Assembly (NCBI GenBank): GCA_046518185.1
Contig: JBKGRZ010000004.1
Span: 142,015-182,014 of the forward strand
Direction: 5' to 3'
DNA length: 40,000 bases
Origin: Pseudescherichia vulneris
Lineage (GTDB): Bacteria; Pseudomonadota; Gammaproteobacteria; Enterobacterales; Enterobacteriaceae
The notes under the pieces are model-generated. The model made no database searches, was not told the DNA's origin, and saw only the letters and a list, made by a program, of their open reading frames with translations. A program made the position numbers and the translations under genes. How positions within the stretch are numbered: position 1 is the first letter of the stretch; the number at the start of each line of letters is the position of its first letter. Below are positions 11,146 to 19,363 of the stretch, piece after piece.

Positions 11146-12141
11146 ATGAACCGTAAAGTTTGTTTCATTGGCGCATCTGGATTTGTTGGCACTCGATTGA
11201 TTGAAACATCTAAAAGCGATTTCGCCATCAAAAATCTGGATAAAAATCAAAGCCATTTTTATTCAGAAATCACCGAGATTGGTGATGTCCGCAACCAGAG
11301 TGATTTGGATGCTGCTTTGGTTGGATTTGATACCGTTGTGCTTTTGGCGGCCGAACATCGCGATGATGTCAGCCCTGTTTCTCTGTATTACGATGTGAAC
11401 GTGCAGGGAACGCGTAATGTTCTTGCCGCGATGGAAAAAAATTGCGTGAGGAACATCATTTTTACAAGCTCCGTTGCAGTCTATGGGCTAAATAAAAAAA
11501 ATCCTGACGAAAATCACCCCCATGATCCTTTCAACCACTACGGTAAAAGCAAGTGGCAGGCCGAAGAAGTTTTACGCGAATGGTTCAATAAATCGCCAGA
11601 CGATCGCTCTCTGACGATTGTCCGCCCAACGGTTATTTTTGGCGAACGCAATCGTGGCAACGTCTACAACTTGCTGAAGCAAATTGCAGGTGGAAAATTT
11701 GCGATGGTAGGGGCCGGAACAAACTATAAGTCAATGGCTTACGTTGGTAATATCGTTGAGTTTATTAAGTATAAACTTCATAACGTTACCAAGGGATGTG
11801 AGGTGTACAATTATGTCGACAAGCCAGATTTGAATATGAATGAGCTCGTTGCTGAAGTTGAGCAAAGCCTGAGCAAGAAAATTCCATCAGTGCATCTACC
11901 TTACCCATTGGGTATGTTAGGTGGGTATTGCTTCGACATCTTGAGTAAAGTGACAGGTAGGAAATACCCAATCAGCTCTGTGCGCGTCAAAAAATTCTGC
12001 GCTACGACCCAATTTGATGCCAGCAAAGTCCATAGCTCAGGATTTGTCGCGCCGTACAGTCTCTCACAGGGTTTGGATCGCACGCTTAAGTATGAATTTG
12101 TCCATGACAAAAAAGACGATATCACCTTCGTCTCTGAGTGA
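11146..12141 (+). CDS. gne: NAD-dependent 4-epimerase of the Gne/Gnu (E. coli O157 Z3206-like) type, supplying GalNAc
   Basis: The track ORF starts at GTG 11140, but the ATG at 11146 gives MNRKVCFIGASGFVGTRL…, which fits the family N-terminus. It has a Rossmann GASGFVG motif and the SDR catalytic YGKSK. The translation closely resembles my memory of the epimerase found between wcaM and galF in several E. coli serogroups (…LLAAEHRDDVSPVSLYYDVNVQGTRNVLAAMEKN…KKFCATTQFDASKVHSSGFVAPY…). Confidence 0.85.
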   Translation: MNRKVCFIGASGFVGTRLIETSKSDFAIKNLDKNQSHFYSEITEIGDVRNQSDLDAALVGFDTVVLLAAEHRDDVSPVSLYYDVNVQGTRNVLAAMEKNCVRNIIFTSSVAVYGLNKKNPDENHPHDPFNHYGKSKWQAEEVLREWFNKSPDDRSLTIVRPTVIFGERNRGNVYNLLKQIAGGKFAMVGAGTNYKSMAYVGNIVEFIKYKLHNVTKGCEVYNYVDKPDLNMNELVAEVEQSLSKKIPSVHLPYPLGMLGGYCFDILSKVTGRKYPISSVRVKKFCATTQFDASKVHSSGFVAPYSLSQGLDRTLKYEFVHDKKDDITFVSE

Positions 12142-12374
12142 TTTTGTGCCTTACATTCGGGTTAGAAGGCTGCGATAAATCGGAAAGACACTGTAGATTA
12201 ACTAATTGAACACGTTTTTCCGAATCCTCCGAGACAAAAAATCGTGCAGATGAAGTGTAGTAGTCAGATTCGTATATGAGGTGCCTAAGGGTATCTACAG
12301 AATTTGCGAAGTAAGCTGGCTATAAGGATCTTAAAGCCTATACTTCACCCATTATTTACAGGTGGAAGACACAC

Positions 12375-13268
12375 ATGATGAATTTGAAAGCAGTTATTCC
12401 GGTAGCCGGCTTGGGAATGCATATGCTCCCAGCCACCAAGGCTATTCCTAAAGAAATGCTGCCGATCGTTGACAAACCGATGATCCAATACATCGTCGAC
12501 GAAATTGTTGCTGCAGGGATCAAAGAAATCGTCCTGGTCACCCACGCATCCAAAAATGCGGTGGAAAACCACTTCGACACCTCGTATGAACTTGAGTCAC
12601 TGCTTGAGCAGCGCGTGAAGCGTCAGTTGCTGGCTGAAGTGCAGGCTATTTGCCCGCCGGGCGTGACCATTATGAACGTGCGTCAGGCACAACCGCTTGG
12701 TCTGGGCCACTCAATTCTTTGCGCCCGTCCGATCGTCGGCGACAATCCGTTTGTGGTTGTCCTGCCAGACATCGTGCTGGACAACGCCACCGCTGATCCA
12801 ATGCGCTACAACCTCGCCGCGATGGTTGCCCGTTTCAATGAAACCGGCCGCAGCCAGGTGCTGGCGAAGCACATGGAAGGCGACCTGCGTGAGTACTCGG
12901 TCATCAAGACTAAAGAGCCGTTGGAAGTAGAAGGTAAAATCAGCCGTATCGTTGATTTCATCGAAAAACCGGACCAGCCGCAGACTCTCGATTCCGATCT
13001 GATGGCCGTTGGTCGCTATGTTCTGTCTGCCGATATCTGGGCTGAACTGGAAAAAACCGAACCGGGTGCATGGGGTCGTGTGCAACTGACAGATGCTATC
13101 GCCCAACTGGCGGAAAAACAGTCCGTCGATGCGGTGCTGATGACCGGCGACAGCTTCGACTGCGGCAAGAAAATGGGCTACATGCAGGCTTTCGTTAAGT
13201 ACGGGCTGCGCAACCTGAAAGAGGGTGCCAAGTTCAGAGAGAGCATTAAGAAGCTGCTGGTGGATTAA
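12375..13268 (+). CDS. galF: UTP-glucose-1-phosphate uridylyltransferase paralogue GalF
   Basis: 297 aa. [50 protein letters not shown]… is near-identical to E. coli GalF. The start could be the second ATG at 12378. Confidence 0.96.
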   Translation: MMNLKAVIPVAGLGMHMLPATKAIPKEMLPIVDKPMIQYIVDEIVAAGIKEIVLVTHASKNAVENHFDTSYELESLLEQRVKRQLLAEVQAICPPGVTIMNVRQAQPLGLGHSILCARPIVGDNPFVVVLPDIVLDNATADPMRYNLAAMVARFNETGRSQVLAKHMEGDLREYSVIKTKEPLEVEGKISRIVDFIEKPDQPQTLDSDLMAVGRYVLSADIWAELEKTEPGAWGRVQLTDAIAQLAEKQSVDAVLMTGDSFDCGKKMGYMQAFVKYGLRNLKEGAKFRESIKKLLVD

Positions 13269-13295
13269 TCCATCCGTTAGTTTGAATGTTCGTCT

Positions 13296-13360
13296 AAACG
13301 GCAGGGGAGGTTATGATGCGATTAACGCGTACTCATAGCATCACTGCCGTTTTTTCTTTT
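13296..13360 (+). terminator. Putative galF terminator (long-loop hairpin plus T-run)
   Basis: aaacggcag (13296-13304) pairs with ctgccgttt (13344-13352), followed by ttttttcttttt. The ~39-nt loop is unusually long, so confidence is moderate. Confidence 0.45.
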
Positions 13361-13523
13361 TAAATCAATGAATAAAATAATAGAGTGCCGCGCAGTTTTC
13401 TATTGCCCCTAGAGGATTTCCTCTTGTTTTGAGCAGTAATTCAGACCACAATAATGGATTAGATTGATTGCAGTGACGGATGCTTTACACATCCACGCTG
13501 ATGGCATAAAGATTTTATTAGTC

Positions 13524-13562
13524 CAGTATACTGGTAGCTGTTGAGCCAGGGGCGGTAGCGTG
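13524..13562 (+). promoter_or_regulatory. JUMPstart element containing the ops site (RfaH-dependent antitermination signal)
   Basis: cagtatactggtagctgttgagccaggggcggtagcgtg is a 39-bp match to the JUMPstart consensus. The 3' end carries the ops core GGCGGTAGCGTG (13551-13562), about 50 nt upstream of the first O-antigen gene. Confidence 0.9.
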
Positions 13563-13613
13563 TCGTTTTGACTAACGATTATTTCACGATCAGCTTAGAG
13601 AGTTTATGTGAGA

Positions 13614-14429
13614 ATGAAGTTTTCAGTATTACTTTCCTTGTATCATAAGGAGAATCCGGAGTATCTAAATGCATCCCTTGAGAGTATTTCCAAGCAATCT
13701 CGTAAGGCAGATGAAGTTGTCATTGTATTAGATGGGCCTGTAGGACAAGAACTTGAAAATATATTGGAAAGCTGGATAAATCAATTGCCAATAAAAATCA
13801 TAAGATTAAGTGAAAATGTAGGGTTAGGTCAGGCATTGAATGAGGGATTGGATAACTGCACAAATGAGATGATTTTTAGAATGGATACCGATGATATATG
13901 TTGCGGAAAAAGATTCGAAAAACAGATTGATGCTTTTGAAAGTGATCCAAAATTAGTTCTTTTAGGTGGACAAATTGATGAATACGATGAAACCATGAAT
14001 AATCTATTAGGTATAAGAAAAGTGCCTGTTGGATTTGATTCCATTAAAAAGAATGCAAAGTTCAAAAACCCATTTAATCATATGACTGTTGCATTTAAGA
14101 AAACATATGTTCAGGCAGTTGGGGGATATGTTCATCACTCGTTTATGGAAGATTACAATCTTTGGCTTCGTATGATTGCAGCTAACTATAAAGTAGATAA
14201 CTTAAAAGATACATTGGTTTTAGCCCGAACAGGACGGTCAATGCTCGAGAGGCGTAAAGGGATTGATTATTTAAAAAGCGAAGTAAAACTTTTTAACCTA
14301 AAAAACCAACTGAAATTAATCTCACCCTTGGTCGGTGCAGCTATTTTAATTTTACGAGCATCACCACGTCTTTTCCCAACCTCAGTACTACATGTTTTTT
14401 ATAAAATCCAAAGAAAGGGCTCGAAATGA
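13614..14429 (+). CDS. Family 2 glycosyltransferase (AmsE/CpsIaJ-like), first gene of the O-antigen operon
   Basis: MKFSVLLSLYHKENPEYLNASLESISKQS…VIVLDGPV…RMDTDD is a GT2 N-terminus with a DXD motif (DTDD). I chose the ATG at 13614; the track ORF begins at GTG 13608. The gene is AT-rich like the rest of the operon. Confidence 0.85.
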   Translation: MKFSVLLSLYHKENPEYLNASLESISKQSRKADEVVIVLDGPVGQELENILESWINQLPIKIIRLSENVGLGQALNEGLDNCTNEMIFRMDTDDICCGKRFEKQIDAFESDPKLVLLGGQIDEYDETMNNLLGIRKVPVGFDSIKKNAKFKNPFNHMTVAFKKTYVQAVGGYVHHSFMEDYNLWLRMIAANYKVDNLKDTLVLARTGRSMLERRKGIDYLKSEVKLFNLKNQLKLISPLVGAAILILRASPRLFPTSVLHVFYKIQRKGSK

Positions 14430-14818
14430 AAAAAGTGATTACGTTTGGTACGTTCGATGTTTTCCATGTAGGACATATCAACATCGTCGAGCGCGCAGCA
14501 TCATTAGGTGATTATCTGATTGTTGGTGTTTCATCAGATAATTTAAACTTTAATAAAAAAAATCGTTATCCAGTTTATAATGAAACTGATAGGCTAAAGA
14601 TTATTAAGTCTTTAAAATTTGTCAATGAAGTTTTCTTGGAAGAATCATTGGAGTTAAAACTGGAATATATAAGGAAATATAATGCAGACCTACTTGTCAT
14701 GGGAGATGATTGGGAAGGCCGATTTGACTGGGTAAAAGATGAATGCGATGTTATATATTTACCACGAACTCCATCTATATCCACGACGGAAATTATAGAG
14801 GTAGTCAAGAGTAGATGA
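14426..14818 (+). CDS. tagD: Glycerol-3-phosphate cytidylyltransferase (TagD/TarD-like; makes CDP-glycerol)
   Basis: 130 aa. It has the cytidylyltransferase HxGH motif (FGTFDVFHVGH) and an RTxGISTT-type motif (RTPSISTTEI). Size and layout match TagD. The start overlaps the upstream stop (ATGA). Confidence 0.9.
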   Translation: MKKVITFGTFDVFHVGHINIVERAASLGDYLIVGVSSDNLNFNKKNRYPVYNETDRLKIIKSLKFVNEVFLEESLELKLEYIRKYNADLLVMGDDWEGRFDWVKDECDVIYLPRTPSISTTEIIEVVKSR

Positions 14819-14822
14819 AATA

Positions 14823-16343
14823 ATGAGAAGTCAAAAAACATTAAAGAATATTAAAGTCGATTTATTTATAACATTGAGTATCGTTTTACTTGGTTTTATA
14901 TCTCGAAAAATATTTATAGATCATATGGGGGCAGATGCAACCGGGTTAATGCTTCTTTTCGTTCAATTAATAGGGGTGATAAATATTGCAGAAATGGGAG
15001 TAGGAACTGCTACAGCAAGCTTACTCTATAAACCATTAAGTGATAATGATAAACCGGCCGTCAGTCGAATCCTTGAAAGCGCTGCAAAAATATATAAAGC
15101 AATAGCCACGCTAGTTTTTCTTGTTGGTGTTGTTACAGGGATTGTTATTTACTATACAATCCCATCAGTCTCGCTGATAGAGTATTCATTTTTATTTTGG
15201 ATAATATATGTCTCAAACACAGCAATATCATATTTGTTTGCTCATTACTTAATATTGTTAACAGCTGACCAAAAATATTATATAACACGGACAATTCAAG
15301 GTGGAGCAAAAATATTATGTATATTATTACAATTGATGGTGATTGTAATATATAAGAATTTTTTGTTTTATATATTATGTGAAAGCATTTTTTTGTTAAT
15401 ACAGTTCGTCCTGTTTAGGAATAAAATCAAGAAAGACTACGGGATATGCTGCAGCAACGCATCTCAAAATCATACCACAAAGGATGAATTTGACGCAGTT
15501 AAGAAAAAAATTAAAAATGTCTTTTTCCATAAAATAGGAGGTGTTCTTGTATTTAACACTGATTATATAATTATATCAAAATTCCTCACCTTAACATCAG
15601 TGACAATATATTCAAGCTACATGATGATATTTCAAGCTCTTGCAATGATCGTTAATATATTGGGCAATTCAGTAACAGCTAGTGTGGGTAATTTTCTTTC
15701 GGACAAAGATACAGCCAGAAAAAAAATAATCTGGAATCAAATAATCATTGTCTTTTTTTATATCTCAACATGTTTAACATTAATCACATTATTAACTATT
15801 ACAGATTTTGTTAGGTTATGGATAGGATCGGGATATACTCTGGATAATATGACGTTATATGCCTTATTATTCAATCTTTTTGTATTAATTAGTCGTGTTT
15901 CCATCGATATTATTAAAAATGCATCGGGAGAATTTGGTGATATATATCTACCTATTATAGAAGGTGTGGTTAATATCGTGGTTTCTATCCTATTGGTTAC
16001 TAAAATTGGGTTCATTGGTGTTGTAATAGGCACGGCAATTTCAAATTCACTTATAATATGCTTGGCCAAACCTGCCTATCTTTACAAGCGTGTTCTCAAA
16101 GGAGGTATAATTGAATTTTTATATTCAATTTTAAAACCGCTTACCCTGAGTGTACTCTCTGCTGCGGTAGTCATTTCCTGTAGTAATCTGTGGTCGAATA
16201 CTTCAGACTTTTATCATTGGAGCATAAAAACATCAACTGTCAGCGTGTTTGTTGTTTGTATAGTAAGCTGCTTTTTTTTACTATCAGTTGAGTTTAGGTT
16301 TGTTTTTAAAAAAGTCGTATTACTTCTAATAAATAAAAAGTGA
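14823..16343 (+). CDS. wzx: O-antigen flippase Wzx (MOP/PST family)
   Basis: 506 aa and very hydrophobic, with about 12 or more predicted TM stretches by eye. It sits in an O-antigen operon next to wzy and GT genes. The family call rests on topology and context only. Confidence 0.8.
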   Translation: MRSQKTLKNIKVDLFITLSIVLLGFISRKIFIDHMGADATGLMLLFVQLIGVINIAEMGVGTATASLLYKPLSDNDKPAVSRILESAAKIYKAIATLVFLVGVVTGIVIYYTIPSVSLIEYSFLFWIIYVSNTAISYLFAHYLILLTADQKYYITRTIQGGAKILCILLQLMVIVIYKNFLFYILCESIFLLIQFVLFRNKIKKDYGICCSNASQNHTTKDEFDAVKKKIKNVFFHKIGGVLVFNTDYIIISKFLTLTSVTIYSSYMMIFQALAMIVNILGNSVTASVGNFLSDKDTARKKIIWNQIIIVFFYISTCLTLITLLTITDFVRLWIGSGYTLDNMTLYALLFNLFVLISRVSIDIIKNASGEFGDIYLPIIEGVVNIVVSILLVTKIGFIGVVIGTAISNSLIICLAKPAYLYKRVLKGGIIEFLYSILKPLTLSVLSAAVVISCSNLWSNTSDFYHWSIKTSTVSVFVVCIVSCFFLLSVEFRFVFKKVVLLLINKK

Positions 16344-16348
16344 TAAAG

Positions 16349-17293
16349 ATGACTATAAGTCTGAGCATAATCATCCCCGTTTATAACGGTTCAGAATTTA
16401 TTGAGAAACTGGTGTCTTCGATTATGTCACTAACGTTTAAAGATTATGAAGTCATAATCATTAACGATGGGTCAAGTGATGATACTTACGAAAAACTGGT
16501 CAGTTTTGTAGGTAATAATGATAAATTCAGAATTATTAATCAAATAAATAAAGGTGTGGCAAGTTCAAGGAATTTGGGTATTGAGTTAGCCATTGGTAAG
16601 TGGCTTTTTTTCTTAGATGCGGATGATACTATTAGCCATAATTATTTCAATTTCATAAGCGACTACGAACATTATTATATTAAAGGCTCGGCTGTAGTTG
16701 TTATAAATGGTGTCTACGATGATTATGGAAAAGTAAAATCAAAATGGCACCCGTATTGTTTTGAGAAAAAAAATGTGGATAACATTCCCTATGTATTAAA
16801 TACTAAGATTATGAAATATGTATGGGGGAAATTATATAGTCGTGAGTTTGTTATAAGAAATAATATAAAATTTGAAAAATACAATATTGCCGAGGATTTC
16901 TTGTTTAACGTCAAGTTATGCTTGATGCAGCCGACACTCATAAATATAAATGCTGGTTATTATTATTATTATCAAAATACCAACGCAGTAACCAAATCAT
17001 ATACTGCAGACAATCTTCTTAGTCGGTTAAGGGTTGTTAATAGAATTTTTGAGTTATTGACACAACAAAATATTAAGCTTGAACTAAAACCACGATTATA
17101 TATGGAGTTTTTTTTGTATCAAACGCTGAAACATTTAAATAAGCTGACAGTCGATGATAAAATGAAAGTACTCGATGTAATAAAAGATAATCGATCTCTC
17201 TTAAAAATTAGTCAGATCCCTATGTTACCAATTAGTGTAAAGGGTAAGCTATATTTTTTATTTTTAATTGGTAAGTATAAATTATGGGAATAG
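16349..17293 (+). CDS. Family 2 glycosyltransferase
   Basis: MTISLSIIIPVYNGSEFIEKLVSSI…IIINDGSSDDT…FFLDADD carries the canonical GT2 motifs. I chose the ATG at 16349; the track ORF starts at GTG 16340, overlapping the wzx stop. Confidence 0.88.
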   Translation: MTISLSIIIPVYNGSEFIEKLVSSIMSLTFKDYEVIIINDGSSDDTYEKLVSFVGNNDKFRIINQINKGVASSRNLGIELAIGKWLFFLDADDTISHNYFNFISDYEHYYIKGSAVVVINGVYDDYGKVKSKWHPYCFEKKNVDNIPYVLNTKIMKYVWGKLYSREFVIRNNIKFEKYNIAEDFLFNVKLCLMQPTLININAGYYYYYQNTNAVTKSYTADNLLSRLRVVNRIFELLTQQNIKLELKPRLYMEFFLYQTLKHLNKLTVDDKMKVLDVIKDNRSLLKISQIPMLPISVKGKLYFLFLIGKYKLWE

Positions 17294-17294
17294 T

Positions 17295-18473
17295 ATGATT
17301 TATTACATATTATTAGGGGTGTTTTTTTTATCTTCTATTTTTGATTTAAACGTAAAAAATGAGCGTGGTATAATATTACTTAAAAAATACATTTATTTTG
17401 TGTCAATTATAATTCTTGTTTTTTTTGCAGGGCTTCGCTTTGATACTGGTTGGGACTACAAAGGCTACCATTATTACTACGATAGTATGCCTACGCTAAA
17501 TGCATTACCAAGCAATTTGGGGGTATTCCGCGAGATCTATTTCGAACCCGGATTTAAGCTCCTGATGTCTCTATCGAAAACATTGGGCGCGGATTATTAT
17601 GGATTTCAATTCATAATATCGTCTTTATGTGTTTTTATGATACATAGAGCTATAAAAAAAGAGAATGCCAAGCTTCTTATAATATTCATGTATTTTTCAA
17701 CGTGTTATTTATTTCTTAATATGTCAGTTTTAAGACAAGGTATAGCTGTCGCGCTATTATATTTATCTTTAAGTGTTTTATATGAAGGTAAAAAATCCAA
17801 AGCGATATTTTATATTTTATTGGGCTGTTCATTTCATTCATCATTGTTATTATTTTTGCCAATGGTATATATTTCTGATAAACGCAATATATCAAATAGA
17901 TTACTATATTTGCTGGTTGCGGTTGCAGTTTTTGTATACTTCCTACAGATGCACTGGTTGAAGCCTATTTTCAATATATTATCACCGATTTTCCCTCACG
18001 ATCTAGGCTATAAAATTAATAATTATCTGGATAGTGAACGTTTCGGCCGGAGTCGAGAAATAGGGCTGGGAGTAATTGAGAAAATCGTGACCTTCATAAC
18101 ATTGCTTTATGTGTATAGTAAGGACTCTAGTCGTAAAAACATGGTGCTACTAAGATTCTTCATTTTTTATATGATAACGTATTTTGCATTCTATGAAGTG
18201 ACCGTGTTGTACGATAGGCTGCGCCTCTATTTTGTTGCAGTCAACGTATTTGTTTATTTGACAATATTCAATTTCTTTAGTGGATATAATAAACTTGTAA
18301 TATTTTTCATTGTGATTTTGTATTCTTCATTTAGTTACTTCAATATATTCCGTAGCGAATCAAATGCTTCAGTTTTCATACCATATCACAATGTTTTAGA
18401 AAGTGAAAACTCTATCCCTGCAAAGTTTAAAGGGGATTTAAGAATTGACCGCGCAATTGAAATGGACCATTAA
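17295..18473 (+). CDS. wzy: O-antigen polymerase Wzy (EpsG family)
   Basis: About 392 aa counted from ATG 17295 (MIYYILLGVFFLSS…); the track ORF begins at TTG 17268, inside the upstream gene. It is a polytopic membrane protein with the EpsG-type signature …FFAGLRFDTGWDYKGYHYYY…. Confidence 0.8.
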   Translation: MIYYILLGVFFLSSIFDLNVKNERGIILLKKYIYFVSIIILVFFAGLRFDTGWDYKGYHYYYDSMPTLNALPSNLGVFREIYFEPGFKLLMSLSKTLGADYYGFQFIISSLCVFMIHRAIKKENAKLLIIFMYFSTCYLFLNMSVLRQGIAVALLYLSLSVLYEGKKSKAIFYILLGCSFHSSLLLFLPMVYISDKRNISNRLLYLLVAVAVFVYFLQMHWLKPIFNILSPIFPHDLGYKINNYLDSERFGRSREIGLGVIEKIVTFITLLYVYSKDSSRKNMVLLRFFIFYMITYFAFYEVTVLYDRLRLYFVAVNVFVYLTIFNFFSGYNKLVIFFIVILYSSFSYFNIFRSESNASVFIPYHNVLESENSIPAKFKGDLRIDRAIEMDH

Positions 18474-18475
18474 TT

Positions 18476-19363
18476 ATGTCAGTTAGCATCGTTATTACAC
18501 TCTATAATAGAAAGGATCTGGTAGTGCGAGCAATAGATAGTGTATCTGCGCTTGCTAAAATGGATGGTGTTGAAATTATCGTCATAGATGATGGTTCAAC
18601 TGATAATCCGTTGGAAATTCTTTCGTCATATATAACTGACGAAGTTATTTCGTACCATTATAAAGTAAATGGTGGTGCTGCTGATGCGAAAAATTATGGA
18701 GCTAATATCGCGAAGGGGGAATATGTTATTTTTCTCGATAGTGATGATTATTTGGTTAATAGTTTCGAACTTGTTTCGTTCATAAAAAATAATATAAAAG
18801 CCAAATATGATTTTTTCTACTCTCAAAGTGTTATTATTAAGAAAAATAGTTTGACCCTTGAGGATTTTATTTCTGATGATTTTAGTAATGCGATGAGTAT
18901 ATACAATTATGCGATATCTTTCCCTCTCAATTATCCCGGAAAACCAACATATATTTTTAGAAGGGAAAGGTTTTTAGGCGTTGAGGGCTTTACTACGTCT
19001 TTTAAATGGGGCGATGCAATGTTATTTTGGCGCCTATTTCTAGCTGATGCAAAATGTTGCATGATTAATTTCCCATCTTACGTGTATGATCAATCAAATG
19101 ATCAAAGCATTAGTCGCCAACGTAGTGATAATTATTATTCGAATGTATATCATACATTGACCGTAACTTACGAAAAAATCAAACCTACTTTAAAAGAGAC
19201 TGATTGCCAACTGAATTGGGTGTTGATTTTATGGTTACTCAGCGCTCGTCTGTTTAAAAGTATAGATTTTTTAAAGTTATCATTCATTATATGTGCACAC
19301 CCATTGAAAGCAATTAAAGCTGCCATTTATATTATGAATAAAAGGAAAGGCAGACATAAATGA
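18476..19363 (+). CDS. Family 2 glycosyltransferase
   Basis: MSVSIVITLYNRKDLVVRAIDSV…IIVIDDGSTDN…IFLDSDD carries GT2 motifs. It starts 2 nt after the wzy stop. Confidence 0.88.
   Translation: MSVSIVITLYNRKDLVVRAIDSVSALAKMDGVEIIVIDDGSTDNPLEILSSYITDEVISYHYKVNGGAADAKNYGANIAKGEYVIFLDSDDYLVNSFELVSFIKNNIKAKYDFFYSQSVIIKKNSLTLEDFISDDFSNAMSIYNYAISFPLNYPGKPTYIFRRERFLGVEGFTTSFKWGDAMLFWRLFLADAKCCMINFPSYVYDQSNDQSISRQRSDNYYSNVYHTLTVTYEKIKPTLKETDCQLNWVLILWLLSARLFKSIDFLKLSFIICAHPLKAIKAAIYIMNKRKGRHK

Noticed and set aside
13313-13363. A mini-ORF MMRLTRTHSITAVFSF, preceded by GGAGG, sitting in the loop and descending arm of the galF terminator.
   Set aside because: It is only 16 codons and overlaps the terminator T-run. 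Nothing supports conservation, and it is most simply a chance ORF in a structured spacer. Conservation cannot be tested without other genomes.
17322-17329. Homopolymeric tracts in O-antigen genes that could mediate slipped-strand phase variation. These are T8 at wzy codon ~10 (17322-17329), T8 at 17419-17426, T8 at 16272-16279 and A8 at 15719-15726.
   Set aside because: Runs of 7-8 A/T are expected by chance in DNA of roughly 25-35% G+C. All reading frames are currently intact. Homopolymer-driven phase variation of wzy/wzx is not an established mechanism in Enterobacteriaceae. It is worth a glance only if population data show length polymorphism.
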